Part shown: positions 29,845 through 39,481 of the stretch, in pieces
How positions within the stretch are numbered: the stretch's first letter is position 1
How the letters are laid out: each line of letters opens with the position of its first letter
Assembly: GCA_965222075.1 (NCBI GenBank)
Contig: OZ244937.1
Coordinates: 3,136,001-3,200,000 of the forward strand
Source of the DNA: Candidatus Latescibacterota bacterium
GTDB lineage: Bacteria; Latescibacterota; UBA2968; GCA-2709665
Direction: 5' to 3'
DNA: 64,000 bases
Program-made: the position numbers and the translations under genes
The notes under the pieces: generated by a model
Database searches by the model: none
Told to the model about the DNA's origin: nothing
Seen by the model: the letters and a program-made list of their open reading frames with translations, nothing else

Positions 29845-31461
29845 CTACGGCGCCTGTTTGGCCAGGGCTTCCAGGCCGTGTTCCAGCTCGTTTTCCTCCA
29901 CAGTGACGTTCGCGTCAACCGAGATCACGGCGGCGTCTCCGCAGTCGGTGAAAGCGTTTTTCTCCACCCTACCCGACCCGGCCAGAAAGAGAATGCCGCA
30001 CCGGGGATGGCCGTCGAAGCGGCAGCGGTCTATCCGGATGTTCTCTCCGCCGCGGATCACGACGCCTGCAGCCTCGGGTCCCTCGGCCGGATTTTTACGG
30101 GCCATGGTGAGGCGGCAGAGGCGGACGGCGTCTCCTTCGACGATGAAGGCAGGCCGTTTTCCGGCGACGAGGATGCGGGTGGAGCCTTCGTCGCCGATGA
30201 GGGTCAGGCCGGGGGAGACGTGGATCGGTTCAGCTATTTCGTAGGTCCAGGGCGGGAGGAAGACGATGCCGCCGGATGCGACCGAGGCGATGGCATCTCT
30301 GATCGCCTGTGCGCTTTCATCGGCGACAATGACGTCCGCCTGGCTCCGGCTCGGAGGGAGGTCGAGGGTTTCGCCGTCGATGACGATGTTCCGGCCGGCC
30401 CTGATTTCGTAGGGGATTTCGACGTTTTCGAGCACGTTGTCCTCAAAGACCATGTCGTGGGCCTCGGAGTCCTCGATATAGTTGCTGTTGTGAATGCCGG
30501 GACGGATGTTGCAGAACCGGCGCACGTTCCGGAAGAGGTTGTCGTGGATGCGTCCCGAGCCGTCCGAGATGGAGAGGCCGGTGTGCTGGTTTTCCACGAA
30601 GTTGTAAGCGATTTCGATCTCTCCGGACATGCCCGGGTGGGTGTCTAAGGCGCCGACACGGTAGGTTTCGTCGTCTCCGTGGATGTAGCAGTAGAGGCAT
30701 TTGTACATGGTCCCCGCGCCGTTGGAGGCAATGGCGTGCCGATTCTGCTCCAGTTCCGAGTCGGTAACGACGGCCTGTCCGCCGCTGCCGACCATCACAC
30801 CGTAGCCGTAACCGTTTTGGGTGTTGTGGTGGTCGTAGACGTATTCGACAGTGGTTTCACCCTTTTCGGTAACGCCGATGGCGTAGTGACCGAAGCCGGA
30901 GATTTCGATGTGGTCAATCCGGCATCCCCTGTATCCGTTTGTAACGTGGATGCCTTTCGACGCGTTCTGCACCATCCGGACGGTGGTGGGCCCCTGCAGG
31001 CGGAACTGCGTGAATCGGATGCTGTCTCCCTCGGTGAGGAAAACAGGGTTGTTCTGCACCGTGTAGAGGTGCGTGGCCCGCCCGGCACCGTGGATCGTGA
31101 GGTTGTCGGGTACGGGTACGGTTTCATCGAGCCGGTAGACGCCGGGTGGAATGTAGACGACGCCTCCGCCCTTTTCGGCGGCCTCGGCAACGGCCTTCCG
31201 GAACGCTCCGGAGGCGTCCGGCGGATAGGCGTCATAGGGGGCGTCCCGTTTGCCGGGAGCGTCTACGGTTGCGGCGGGGGATTCGACGGTAAGCTCCGTA
31301 TCGCTCGGCCCGACGGGTCCCCGGGGGCCATAGCCTGCCGGGATCGGGTGCGTTCCTCGCCCGGACCGGGTTCGGAAGGGTTCGGCCTGGGCGGTCGAAA
31401 ACAGGGTGAACAGCAGCCCCGCCGCCGTGAGGGCCATCAACAGGATGTCCGTAAACAGCAT
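29845..31461 (-). CDS. secreted right-handed beta-helix (pectate lyase superfamily) protein with two N-terminal-type modules
   Basis: Signal peptide ending AQA; GGGVVYIPPGVY and second GGIVFLPPWTY; Asn/Gly beta-helix repeats. Confidence 0.8.
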   Translation of the reverse strand: MLFTDILLMALTAAGLLFTLFSTAQAEPFRTRSGRGTHPIPAGYGPRGPVGPSDTELTVESPAATVDAPGKRDAPYDAYPPDASGAFRKAVAEAAEKGGGVVYIPPGVYRLDETVPVPDNLTIHGAGRATHLYTVQNNPVFLTEGDSIRFTQFRLQGPTTVRMVQNASKGIHVTNGYRGCRIDHIEISGFGHYAIGVTEKGETTVEYVYDHHNTQNGYGYGVMVGSGGQAVVTDSELEQNRHAIASNGAGTMYKCLYCYIHGDDETYRVGALDTHPGMSGEIEIAYNFVENQHTGLSISDGSGRIHDNLFRNVRRFCNIRPGIHNSNYIEDSEAHDMVFEDNVLENVEIPYEIRAGRNIVIDGETLDLPPSRSQADVIVADESAQAIRDAIASVASGGIVFLPPWTYEIAEPIHVSPGLTLIGDEGSTRILVAGKRPAFIVEGDAVRLCRLTMARKNPAEGPEAAGVVIRGGENIRIDRCRFDGHPRCGILFLAGSGRVEKNAFTDCGDAAVISVDANVTVEENELEHGLEALAKQAP

Positions 31462-31516
31462 CGCGTTTTCCTTTCTACAAGGCCATGTAAGGGGGTAAAT
31501 ACGTGGTGTTTGGGAT

Positions 31517-32905
31517 TTACTGCGTAAATGCCTCACGGGCGTCCTCCCAATCGCCGCCGACCGGGCACATCTGCCCGCCGCCGGTCACGCCCCGGTCGCG
31601 GCCGTCTTTGTCGGGATCCACGTGTTGGACAAACCAGTCTTCGAGTGTCTGTTTCATGTCTGCGATGCGGGCGGCCTGGTTAGGATCGTCGATCCGGTTG
31701 TTCCGTTCGTCAGGGTCTTTGACCAGGTTGTAGAGTTCGTGGGGGCCGTCGGGATAGCGATGGATGTATTTCCACTCCGCGGTGCGAACCATTCGGACGG
31801 GGCCGTATTCGTCGTAGACGACCACGTTTTCCCGGGCGGTGTCCGCTTTGCCCAGAAGAGCGGGGAGGAAGCTTTGCCCCGGGAGATTGCGGCCTTCCGG
31901 AAGGGGCAGGTCCAGGTAATCCAGGAGGGTGGGCATAAAGTCGTAGGCGCTGACCATGGCGGGCTGGACACAGCCTTCGGGGATCTTACCGGGGTGGCTC
32001 ATGACGGCAGGAACTTTGACGGAGTTTTCGTACATGTTGAGGGGACGGGTGCCGTTGCCTTTGCCCCAGAAGCCGTGGTGCCCACAGGAAAAGCCGTTGT
32101 CGCTGACGAAGACGACGAGGGTGTTCTCACGGATGCTGAGGGCTTCGAGTTTGTCCAGGATGCGGCCGACGTCAACGTCCATGGCGGTGACGGCGGCGAA
32201 GTAGCCTTTGAGCATCTCCCGGTTGCCCAGGCAATTTGTGGTGAGGGAGATGGCCCAGGGGTGGCGGGGTTCCTGCGGGCAGGACTCGAAGGGGCAGTCG
32301 TCGTAGGCGTCGACGATATCTTGCGGATGTCCGGTCCAGGGGCTGTGGGGCGCGGTGTAGTGGACGCTGAGGTAGAAGGGGTTGTCGTCCTGGGCATGGC
32401 GGTCAATGAAGGCGAGGGCGTCGTCGGTGATGGCGCTGGTGACGTAGCCGGATTGGGTGATCAGTTCCGCGTTTCGCACCATCGGCGCATCTTTGTAGGG
32501 GCCGCCGCCCCGCTGGTGGACAAACCAGTGGGAAAAGCCATGCTGGGAGATCTGGCTGTTGCCCAGGTGCCACTTGCCGCTGATGCCGCAGGTCCAGCCG
32601 TGCTCGGACAGGATGTCTGTGTAGGCGATCTCTCCTTCTAAGTAGGCGGCGGCGTCCGGGCCGATGTTGCCACCGCGGATCCAGTCGTGCACGCCGTGCT
32701 GGGAGGAGATGCGCCCGGTGAGGTAGGTGGCGCGGCTGGGGGAGCAGACGGGCGTGGCGACGAAGAAGTTTTCGAAGCGGATGCCGGTGGCGGCGATCCG
32801 GTCAATGCCGGGGGTGCGGATTTCGGGATTGCCGTAGCATCCGGCTGCCCAGACGCCCTGGTCGTCGGTGAGGATGAAGACGATGTTGGGCCTTTCAGAA
32901 GGCAT
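31517..32905 (-). CDS. formylglycine-dependent sulfatase
   Basis: PNIVFILTDDQG, CSPSRATYLTG (CxPxR), GKWHLG, SDNG, ELYNLVKDPDE. Confidence 0.93.
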   Translation of the reverse strand: MPSERPNIVFILTDDQGVWAAGCYGNPEIRTPGIDRIAATGIRFENFFVATPVCSPSRATYLTGRISSQHGVHDWIRGGNIGPDAAAYLEGEIAYTDILSEHGWTCGISGKWHLGNSQISQHGFSHWFVHQRGGGPYKDAPMVRNAELITQSGYVTSAITDDALAFIDRHAQDDNPFYLSVHYTAPHSPWTGHPQDIVDAYDDCPFESCPQEPRHPWAISLTTNCLGNREMLKGYFAAVTAMDVDVGRILDKLEALSIRENTLVVFVSDNGFSCGHHGFWGKGNGTRPLNMYENSVKVPAVMSHPGKIPEGCVQPAMVSAYDFMPTLLDYLDLPLPEGRNLPGQSFLPALLGKADTARENVVVYDEYGPVRMVRTAEWKYIHRYPDGPHELYNLVKDPDERNNRIDDPNQAARIADMKQTLEDWFVQHVDPDKDGRDRGVTGGGQMCPVGGDWEDAREAFTQ

Positions 32906-33162
32906 AGGACCTCCTGTTTGAACCGGGGTGGGAGACGATCCTAAATGATACACACCAATAGTGCAATCTAATGCGCACGAGGAGAAAATGCAAGGCGAAT
33001 GACACCCCGTTCCCATGGAGCGGCGCCCGATTTTACTTGATTCTTCCGAGGGTAGAGGGGTATCTTACCTGTGATCTGTTTTTTCTGCCGCACAGACGAT
33101 CCCAACCAGGGAGAAGGAAGCAGTCATAAGGGGGCCGCGTCCCCGGTGTCTGGTTAAGGCTT

Positions 33163-35700
33163 ATGGAAACGCTACTGGACCTGCTCTCCGATATTCGCCG
33201 TCTGGACGAGCGGGAGGCTATCCGGTTTACGGATGGGTTCCGCACGCAGAGGCTGTCCTACCGGGAGGTCTACGACCGGATCGGCGGGTTTGTGCGCATT
33301 CTGGACGAGCGGGGATTTCAGAAGGGGGACCGTTTGCTTCTGTGGGGGGAGAACCGGCCGGAGTGGGCGGTCGTCTTCTGGGGGTGCGTGGCCCGGGGGG
33401 TGGCGGCCGTACCGATCGATCTCCATTCCTCCCCCCGGCTGGTTCAGCGCCTGCAGGAAGAGGTGAAGGCCCGGCTGCTGGTACACGGCGAGGCGGTGGA
33501 GGCGGAGGCGGTGGAGGCGGAACGGCTCTCCTTTGAGCAGGTGGCCGACCTGGAGAGAGACGGATCGTTTCAGGCTTCCGAGGTTTCGAGTAACGATATT
33601 GTGGAGATCGTCTATACGTCCGGAACGACCGGAGAGCCGAAGGGGGTCGTGCACCGGCACCGGAACATCTGCGCGAATCTGAGGGCCTTTCGGGAGGGGA
33701 TCAACCGCTACCGGAACCGCCTCCGGCCCTTCCAGCCGGTTCGCGTGCTGGACCTGCTTCCGCTTTCCCACATGTTCGGCCAGTCGCTGGGGCTGTTTAT
33801 TCCAGTGCTTTTAGAAGGGGCAGCGGTGTTTATGCTGGACCTGCATCCGGGCGAGGTTGTTGAGACGATCCGGCGGGAACGGGCCTCTGCACTGGTGTGT
33901 GTTCCGCGCCTGCTGAGCATTTTACAGCACGAGGTGGCGCGGCGGTTCAAGATTGCAGACGGTGAGGAAGCGCAGCAGGCGGGCCTCCTGAGGCGAGTGT
34001 GGCAACACCGGAAGGTGCACGCGGCGTTCGGATGGAAGTTCTGGTTTATTGTGGTGGGAGGCGCCCGGGTGGAGCCGGAGATGGAGGCGTTCTGGTCTCG
34101 GCTCGGGTTTGGGGTGGTGCAGGGCTACGGGTTGACGGAGGCCAGCCCGGTGGTGGCGCTCAACCACCCGCTCCGGGCGCGCGCCGGGTCGCTGGGAAAG
34201 GCGCTGGAGGGGCAGGAGGTGAAGATCGCACCGGACGGGGAGATCCTGGTGCGGGGGGAGAGCATTGTTTCGGACTATTACGGAGGCGGAGAGACGGAAA
34301 AGGTGACCCGGGACGGGTGGCTGCATACGGGGGATATCGGGGAGATGGACGCGGAGGGGCGTCTGTATTATAAGGGCCGGAAGAAGGAAGTGATTGTGAC
34401 TTCCGAAGGCCTGAACGTGTTCCCCCAGGATGTGGAGGCGGTGCTGGACCGATTTCCGGAGGTGAGGGAGAGCGCGGTGGTGGGTTTGCGCCGGAATGGG
34501 AACGAGCAGGTGCACGCGGTCCTGGTGTTGAGCGATCCGGTGGCGGACCCGGAAGCCCTTGTGCAGCGGGCCAACCGGGAGTTAGAGGCCCACCAGCGCA
34601 TCCGGGGCTGGACAGTGTGGTCCAGGGAGTGCCTTCCCCGGACGGCGTCTACGTTCAAGATCAAGCGTCACGAGGTGGCAAACCGCCTGGCCGGAGAGGG
34701 TCCGCAGGCGGAGCCGGAGGCGGTCGGGGTGGAGGGCGTCTTAGCCGGGCTGACCGGGAGGGCGGCATCGAAGTTGAAGGCGGAGCACCATTTGGCGGAA
34801 GACCTGGGGCTGTCGTCCTTAGAGCTGGTGGACCTGCTGGCGGCGATGGAGGCCCATTGTGGGGTGACGCTGGACGAGGAGGCATTTACCCGCCTTTCAA
34901 CGGTGGGCGATCTCAAGACCTGGGTGGAACGGGCGGAGCCCGGGGAGGAGGCCGGCGTTGCGCGTATCGCCGGGAGGAGCCGGATGGCACGCGGGCCGGT
35001 ACGCCTGCCCCGGTGGCCGCGGTTTTGGCCGGTTCACTGGATTCGTATTGGGGCTTTAGAGGGCATGCTCCTGCCGTTCTTGCGCCTCTACCTGAACCTG
35101 TCGGTGGACGGAGGCGCACACCTCAAAGACATCCGGCCTCCCGTGCTGTTTGCGGCCAACCATACGAGCCACTTGGATACGCCCGCAATCCTTTCGGCGC
35201 TGCCCGCTACCCTGCGCCGCCGTCTGACGCCAGCGATGCGGCAGAACTATTTTCAGGCCTATTTCCACCCCGAGCGGTTTTCCCTTCCGGAGCGGGTGGG
35301 CAAAGGGATTCAATACTGGATGGTGTGCGGCCTCCTCAATGCCTTCCCGCTGCCCCAGGACGCAGGAGGCGTGCGCCAGGCGCTGAAATATATGGGCCAT
35401 CTCACCGACCGGGGCCTCTGTCCGCTGGTTTTTCCGGAGGGCAGGCGCACGACGGACGGGAAGTTCCAGCCCTTCCAGGCCGGCATCGGCCTGATGGCGC
35501 TGCGCCTGCAGGTTCCGGTGGTGCCGGTCCACATCCAAGGGCTGTTCGAGGCTCTTCCTCCCGGTCGGTTCTGGCCTCGGCCCGGGGCGGCGCGGGTGAG
35601 CATCGGGCGACCGATCCGTTTCAAGGCAGGACAGGGCTACCGGGAGGTCGCCCGGCAGGTAGAGGCGGCGATTCGGGAGATAGAACCTGACGACGCGTAA
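33163..35700 (+). CDS. acyl-CoA/AMP ligase - acyl carrier - PlsC acyltransferase fusion
   Basis: YTSGTTGEPKG, GYGLTE, WLHTGD; carrier motif DLGLSSL; NHTSHLD and FPEG. Confidence 0.88.
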   Translation: METLLDLLSDIRRLDEREAIRFTDGFRTQRLSYREVYDRIGGFVRILDERGFQKGDRLLLWGENRPEWAVVFWGCVARGVAAVPIDLHSSPRLVQRLQEEVKARLLVHGEAVEAEAVEAERLSFEQVADLERDGSFQASEVSSNDIVEIVYTSGTTGEPKGVVHRHRNICANLRAFREGINRYRNRLRPFQPVRVLDLLPLSHMFGQSLGLFIPVLLEGAAVFMLDLHPGEVVETIRRERASALVCVPRLLSILQHEVARRFKIADGEEAQQAGLLRRVWQHRKVHAAFGWKFWFIVVGGARVEPEMEAFWSRLGFGVVQGYGLTEASPVVALNHPLRARAGSLGKALEGQEVKIAPDGEILVRGESIVSDYYGGGETEKVTRDGWLHTGDIGEMDAEGRLYYKGRKKEVIVTSEGLNVFPQDVEAVLDRFPEVRESAVVGLRRNGNEQVHAVLVLSDPVADPEALVQRANRELEAHQRIRGWTVWSRECLPRTASTFKIKRHEVANRLAGEGPQAEPEAVGVEGVLAGLTGRAASKLKAEHHLAEDLGLSSLELVDLLAAMEAHCGVTLDEEAFTRLSTVGDLKTWVERAEPGEEAGVARIAGRSRMARGPVRLPRWPRFWPVHWIRIGALEGMLLPFLRLYLNLSVDGGAHLKDIRPPVLFAANHTSHLDTPAILSALPATLRRRLTPAMRQNYFQAYFHPERFSLPERVGKGIQYWMVCGLLNAFPLPQDAGGVRQALKYMGHLTDRGLCPLVFPEGRRTTDGKFQPFQAGIGLMALRLQVPVVPVHIQGLFEALPPGRFWPRPGAARVSIGRPIRFKAGQGYREVARQVEAAIREIEPDDA

Positions 35701-35740
35701 GTACAGGACCTATCCCTGGTCCTCCCCTAAGGAGATCGAT

Positions 35741-36499
35741 ATGGCGCAAAAACGGGTCCTGATCACCGGCATGAGCGGGCTGATCGGCGGGGCGGTGCGC
35801 AGGCAGCTGGAGGGCAAATATGCGCTACGCGCGTTGAACCGGCGCGATGTGCCGGGGGTCGAATGCCACCGGGCGGATATTGCCGATCTGGAGGCGATTC
35901 TACCCGCGTTTAACGGAGTGGACGCGGTGGTGCACTTAGCGGCGAGCATCCGGGGAGGCTGGGAGGAGATGCTCCGGCACAATATCATCGGTACGTATCA
36001 CGTGTTTGAGGCCTCCCGCCGGGCCGGGGTGGCGCGGGTTGTCTACGCCAGCAGCGGTTCGACGATTGCGGGATGGGAGCGGGAGATGCCCTACAAGGCG
36101 CTGTCAGAGGGGCGCTATGAGGAGGCGTCGGAGGGGTGGATGATGCTGACCCACGAAACGCCGATCCGGCCGGGCGGACTTTACGGGTGCAGCAAGGTGT
36201 GGGGAGAGGCCTTAGCCCGGCACTTTACGGATACGTCCGACCTTTCGATCCTCTGTCTGCGCATCGGCGCGGTCCTGAAAGAGGACCGGCCGCAGCAGAC
36301 CCGACACGTTCCGGTCTGGTGCAGCCAGAGGGATATTGCGCGGCTGGTGGAGCGGTGCATCGAGGCACCCGGTGAGGTCCGATTCGATATTTTCTACGCG
36401 GTCTCGAACAACCGATGGAGCTACCGGGATATGGCGCATGCGCGGGAGGTGCTGGGGTTTGCGGCGGAGGATTCGGTGGAAGAGAAGGTTGGGAGTTGA
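35741..36499 (+). CDS. NAD-dependent epimerase/dehydratase (uronate dehydrogenase-like)
   Basis: ITGMSGLIG, VHLAA, YGCSK, LRIG, WCSQRD. Confidence 0.85.
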   Translation: MAQKRVLITGMSGLIGGAVRRQLEGKYALRALNRRDVPGVECHRADIADLEAILPAFNGVDAVVHLAASIRGGWEEMLRHNIIGTYHVFEASRRAGVARVVYASSGSTIAGWEREMPYKALSEGRYEEASEGWMMLTHETPIRPGGLYGCSKVWGEALARHFTDTSDLSILCLRIGAVLKEDRPQQTRHVPVWCSQRDIARLVERCIEAPGEVRFDIFYAVSNNRWSYRDMAHAREVLGFAAEDSVEEKVGS

Positions 36500-36527
36500 A
36501 GATTTGAGGATTGAGGAGGTTCGGGGA

Positions 36528-37196
36528 ATGAGGATTCAGGCGGTGTTGTTTGACGGGTACGGGACGCTGTTTGAGGATGCAATGGGGGAACTGATGGCGT
36601 CGTGCGCCCAGATCGTGCGGGAACAGGGGCTGGAGGTGGATGCGAAGGGGTTCCTGGACGTTTGGGATGGATACTTTTTTTCCATGATTCGGGGCGGGGC
36701 TTTCTTCCCGCTTCGGGTGGCGAACCGGCTGAGCTTGGAGCGGGCGTTCGAGGAGCTTCAAGTCAACGCGGAGGTGGGGCGATATGTGGATTCGCTTTTC
36801 GAACGGTTCGGCAGGTGCCGGACGTATGCCGATGTGAGGCCCGCGCTGGAGCGCCTGAAAGGCTACGCGACCGGGGTCGTGTCGAACGCGGATTCGGACC
36901 ACCTGGACGAGGCACTGAAACGGAACGGGCTGCGGTTTCCGGTGGTGGTGAGTTCGGAATCGGCCAGGTGTTACAAGCCGAAGCCGGGGATTTTTCAGGA
37001 GGCGCTGGATTTGATGGGCTGCAAGCCGGAGGAGGCGCTCTACGTGGGGGACTCCCAGGAGGACGATATTGTGGGGGCCAGGCGGGCGGAGATGCGGGTT
37101 GCGTGGCTGAACCGGAGGGGGGAGGCGCTGAAGGCAGAGACGCCAAGGCCGGATTATGAGATTCGGAGTTTGCAGGAGGTGCCGGGGATTGTGTGA
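36528..37196 (+). CDS. HAD family hydrolase
   Basis: FDGYGTL, VSN, YKP, YVGDSQEDD. Confidence 0.88.
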   Translation: MRIQAVLFDGYGTLFEDAMGELMASCAQIVREQGLEVDAKGFLDVWDGYFFSMIRGGAFFPLRVANRLSLERAFEELQVNAEVGRYVDSLFERFGRCRTYADVRPALERLKGYATGVVSNADSDHLDEALKRNGLRFPVVVSSESARCYKPKPGIFQEALDLMGCKPEEALYVGDSQEDDIVGARRAEMRVAWLNRRGEALKAETPRPDYEIRSLQEVPGIV

Positions 37197-37231
37197 GAGG
37201 AAACCGCGTGAGGGTAGATAGACCTATGCAT

Positions 37232-37282
37232 AAAAAAGGCCTGTGGTCCCACCCCGCAAGACGGGCCGCAGGCCTTTTTTTT
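37232..37282. terminator. bidirectional intrinsic terminator
   Basis: A6-GGCCTGTGGTCC...GGGCCGCAGGCC-T8 between convergent genes. Confidence 0.8.
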
Positions 37283-37290
37283 ATCCCGAG

Positions 37291-38133
37291 CTACTTCTCG
37301 ATGGGTGCCCGGATAAGATTGCCCCACTCGGTCCAGGAGCCGTCGTAGTTGCGGACCTGGTCGAAGCCGAGGAGGTACTTCAGGACGAACCAGGAATGGG
37401 AGGACCGCTCGCCGATGCGGCAGTAGACGACGGTTTCCCGGTCGCCGGTGACGCCCTGATCGGCGTAGAGAGACCTGAGTTCGTCGTGGGACTTGAAGGT
37501 ACCGTCTTCGTTGACGGCCTGCGCCCAGGGGATGTTGGATGCGCCGGGAATGTGGCCGCCCCGCTGGCAGGTCTCGTTGAGGCCGGGGGGGGCCAGGATC
37601 TTGCCGGTGAACTCATCGGGGGAACGGACGTCAACCAGGGGACCGCCTCCCTCGACATGTACTTCGACCTGATTCCGGTAGGCGCGGATGTTTTCGTCCG
37701 GGTCGCTGGCCGAATAGGCGGCCGGGGTGACGCTGGGGGCGTCGGTCGTCAGGTCCCGGCCCTCTTCGATCCACTTGGCGCGGCCCCCGTTCATCAGTTT
37801 CAGCCTGCTGTCGTCGTGGCCGTAGTAGAGGAGTTCCCACAAGGCCCAGGCGGCAAACCAGTTGTTGTTGTCGCCATAGAGGACGACGGTGGCGTTATTG
37901 GAGATGCCGGACTGCCCCATGAGGGCCTCAAAGTCGGCTTTGGATGCGAGGTCCCGGGTGAGGGGGTCCTGCAGCTGGGTCTGCCAGTTCCAGCCGACCG
38001 CACCCGCGATATGTCCCTCTTCGTAGGCCGATGTATCCACATCGACTTCCGCGATTCGGATGCCCGGATCGTTCAGGTTGTCCGCTACCCACTGGGTGGA
38101 GACCAGGGCGTCTGGATGGGCGTAGCCTGCCAT
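37291..38133 (-). CDS. tandem-rhodanese thiosulfate sulfurtransferase (CysA/SseA type)
   Basis: GHIAGA, GHIPGA, active loop YCRIGERS, YDGSWTEW. Confidence 0.92.
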   Translation of the reverse strand: MAGYAHPDALVSTQWVADNLNDPGIRIAEVDVDTSAYEEGHIAGAVGWNWQTQLQDPLTRDLASKADFEALMGQSGISNNATVVLYGDNNNWFAAWALWELLYYGHDDSRLKLMNGGRAKWIEEGRDLTTDAPSVTPAAYSASDPDENIRAYRNQVEVHVEGGGPLVDVRSPDEFTGKILAPPGLNETCQRGGHIPGASNIPWAQAVNEDGTFKSHDELRSLYADQGVTGDRETVVYCRIGERSSHSWFVLKYLLGFDQVRNYDGSWTEWGNLIRAPIEK

Positions 38134-38335
38134 GGGTTATCCTTTCTTTACTTTAAAATGGGGGGGTGGGGAAAGTGAGTATACGATGGATATATGAATG
38201 TTCGAAAATAGCCCAATGTCAAGGGAAAAGTGAAAGGGTGGCCCCCAAATGCGCTTAGATTCAAGGGAAGCGAGCCTTGCGTGTTGCTTGGGAAGTTCAC
38301 CGCAGAGATTTTTTGTCTTTCTCTGCGTTCTTTGC

Positions 38336-38402
38336 AGTCACGGGTCACGAGTCATCTGCGAGCCGGGGGTGTGCGGGGGCACGCGACTTTCGACTCGCGA
38401 CT
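38336..38402. repeat. inverted heptamer repeats (GAGTCAC / GACTCGC type)
   Basis: agtcacg-ggtcacg-agtca facing cgcgact-ttcgact-cgcgact. Confidence 0.55.
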
Positions 38403-38440
38403 GAATAACGAGATACGAACGACGACCAAGGAGGACAGCG

Positions 38441-39466
38441 ATGGAGTATCGCAGAATGGGACGCAGCGGGTTGAAGGTCTCAGAATTTTGTCTGGGAACG
38501 ATGACGTTTGGGCGCGACGCGGATGAAGCGGAGGCGGTGCGGATGGTGGACCTGGCCCTGGAGGCGGGCGTGAATTTCTTTGATACCGCAGATAACTACA
38601 GCGACGGAGCGTCGGAGGTCCTCCTGGGAAAGGCCCTCAAGGGCAGGCGGCGGGGCGTGGTGGTGGCCACCAAGTTTTTCAACCCTACGGGACCGGGGCC
38701 GAACGATTCCGGGATGTCGCGGGTGCATATTATGAATGCGATCGAGGACAGCCTGGGGCGCCTGGAGATGGATTACGTGGATATCTACTATATCCACCAT
38801 GTGGATGAGCAAACGCCCCTGGAAGAGATGCTCAGGGCCTTGGACGACCTGGTGCACCAGGGGAAGGTGCGGTATATTGCGTGCAGCAACTACCAGGCGT
38901 GGCGCCTGTGCGAGGCGCTGTGGATCAGCGAGACGAGGAATCTTGCCCGCTTCGAGTGTTACCAGCCCCAGTACAGCCTGGTGGTGCGGGATATCGAGCA
39001 GGAGGTGATGCCGCTGTGCCGCGAGAAAGGGCTGGGGGTGGTGGTGTGGAGCCCGCTGGGGGGGGGATTCCTGACGGGCAAGTACAAGCCGGGGGAACAC
39101 ACGCTTCCGGGGACGCGATCGGAGGAGGCGTGGGGGTATCCGCAGCGCTATTTTGCTGCCAGTGCAGATGAGAGCTTGCGCGCGCTTTTAGAGGTGGCCA
39201 AAGGGATGGGGCGCAGCCCGGGTGCGGTGGCGCTCCGCTGGGTGATGGACCAGCCGGGGATTACGTCGGCGATTGTGGGGGCGCGCAACGCCGAGCAGCT
39301 GCGAAGCAATCTGGGCGCCGTGGGCTGGCGTTTGGAGGGGGAAGCGCTGGAGCGCCTGAATACGGTTTCCCACCTGCCGGACCGCTATCCCGAGGCCATG
39401 GAGAAACGGATGCGCGAACGACGCGACGAGGCGGTGGAGGCACCGTCCCTTCAGAAATCACGTTGA
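38441..39466 (+). CDS. aldo/keto reductase
   Basis: GLKVSEFCLGTMTFG, FDTADNY, VATK, GKVRYI, WSPLGGGFLTGKY. Confidence 0.92.
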   Translation: MEYRRMGRSGLKVSEFCLGTMTFGRDADEAEAVRMVDLALEAGVNFFDTADNYSDGASEVLLGKALKGRRRGVVVATKFFNPTGPGPNDSGMSRVHIMNAIEDSLGRLEMDYVDIYYIHHVDEQTPLEEMLRALDDLVHQGKVRYIACSNYQAWRLCEALWISETRNLARFECYQPQYSLVVRDIEQEVMPLCREKGLGVVVWSPLGGGFLTGKYKPGEHTLPGTRSEEAWGYPQRYFAASADESLRALLEVAKGMGRSPGAVALRWVMDQPGITSAIVGARNAEQLRSNLGAVGWRLEGEALERLNTVSHLPDRYPEAMEKRMRERRDEAVEAPSLQKSR

Positions 39467-39481
39467 CCTTTCAAACAGGGA

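Noticed and set aside
38190-38222. sigma70 promoter for the sulfurtransferase
   Set aside because: TTGACA is present on the minus strand but there is no convincing -10 box at 16-18 bp
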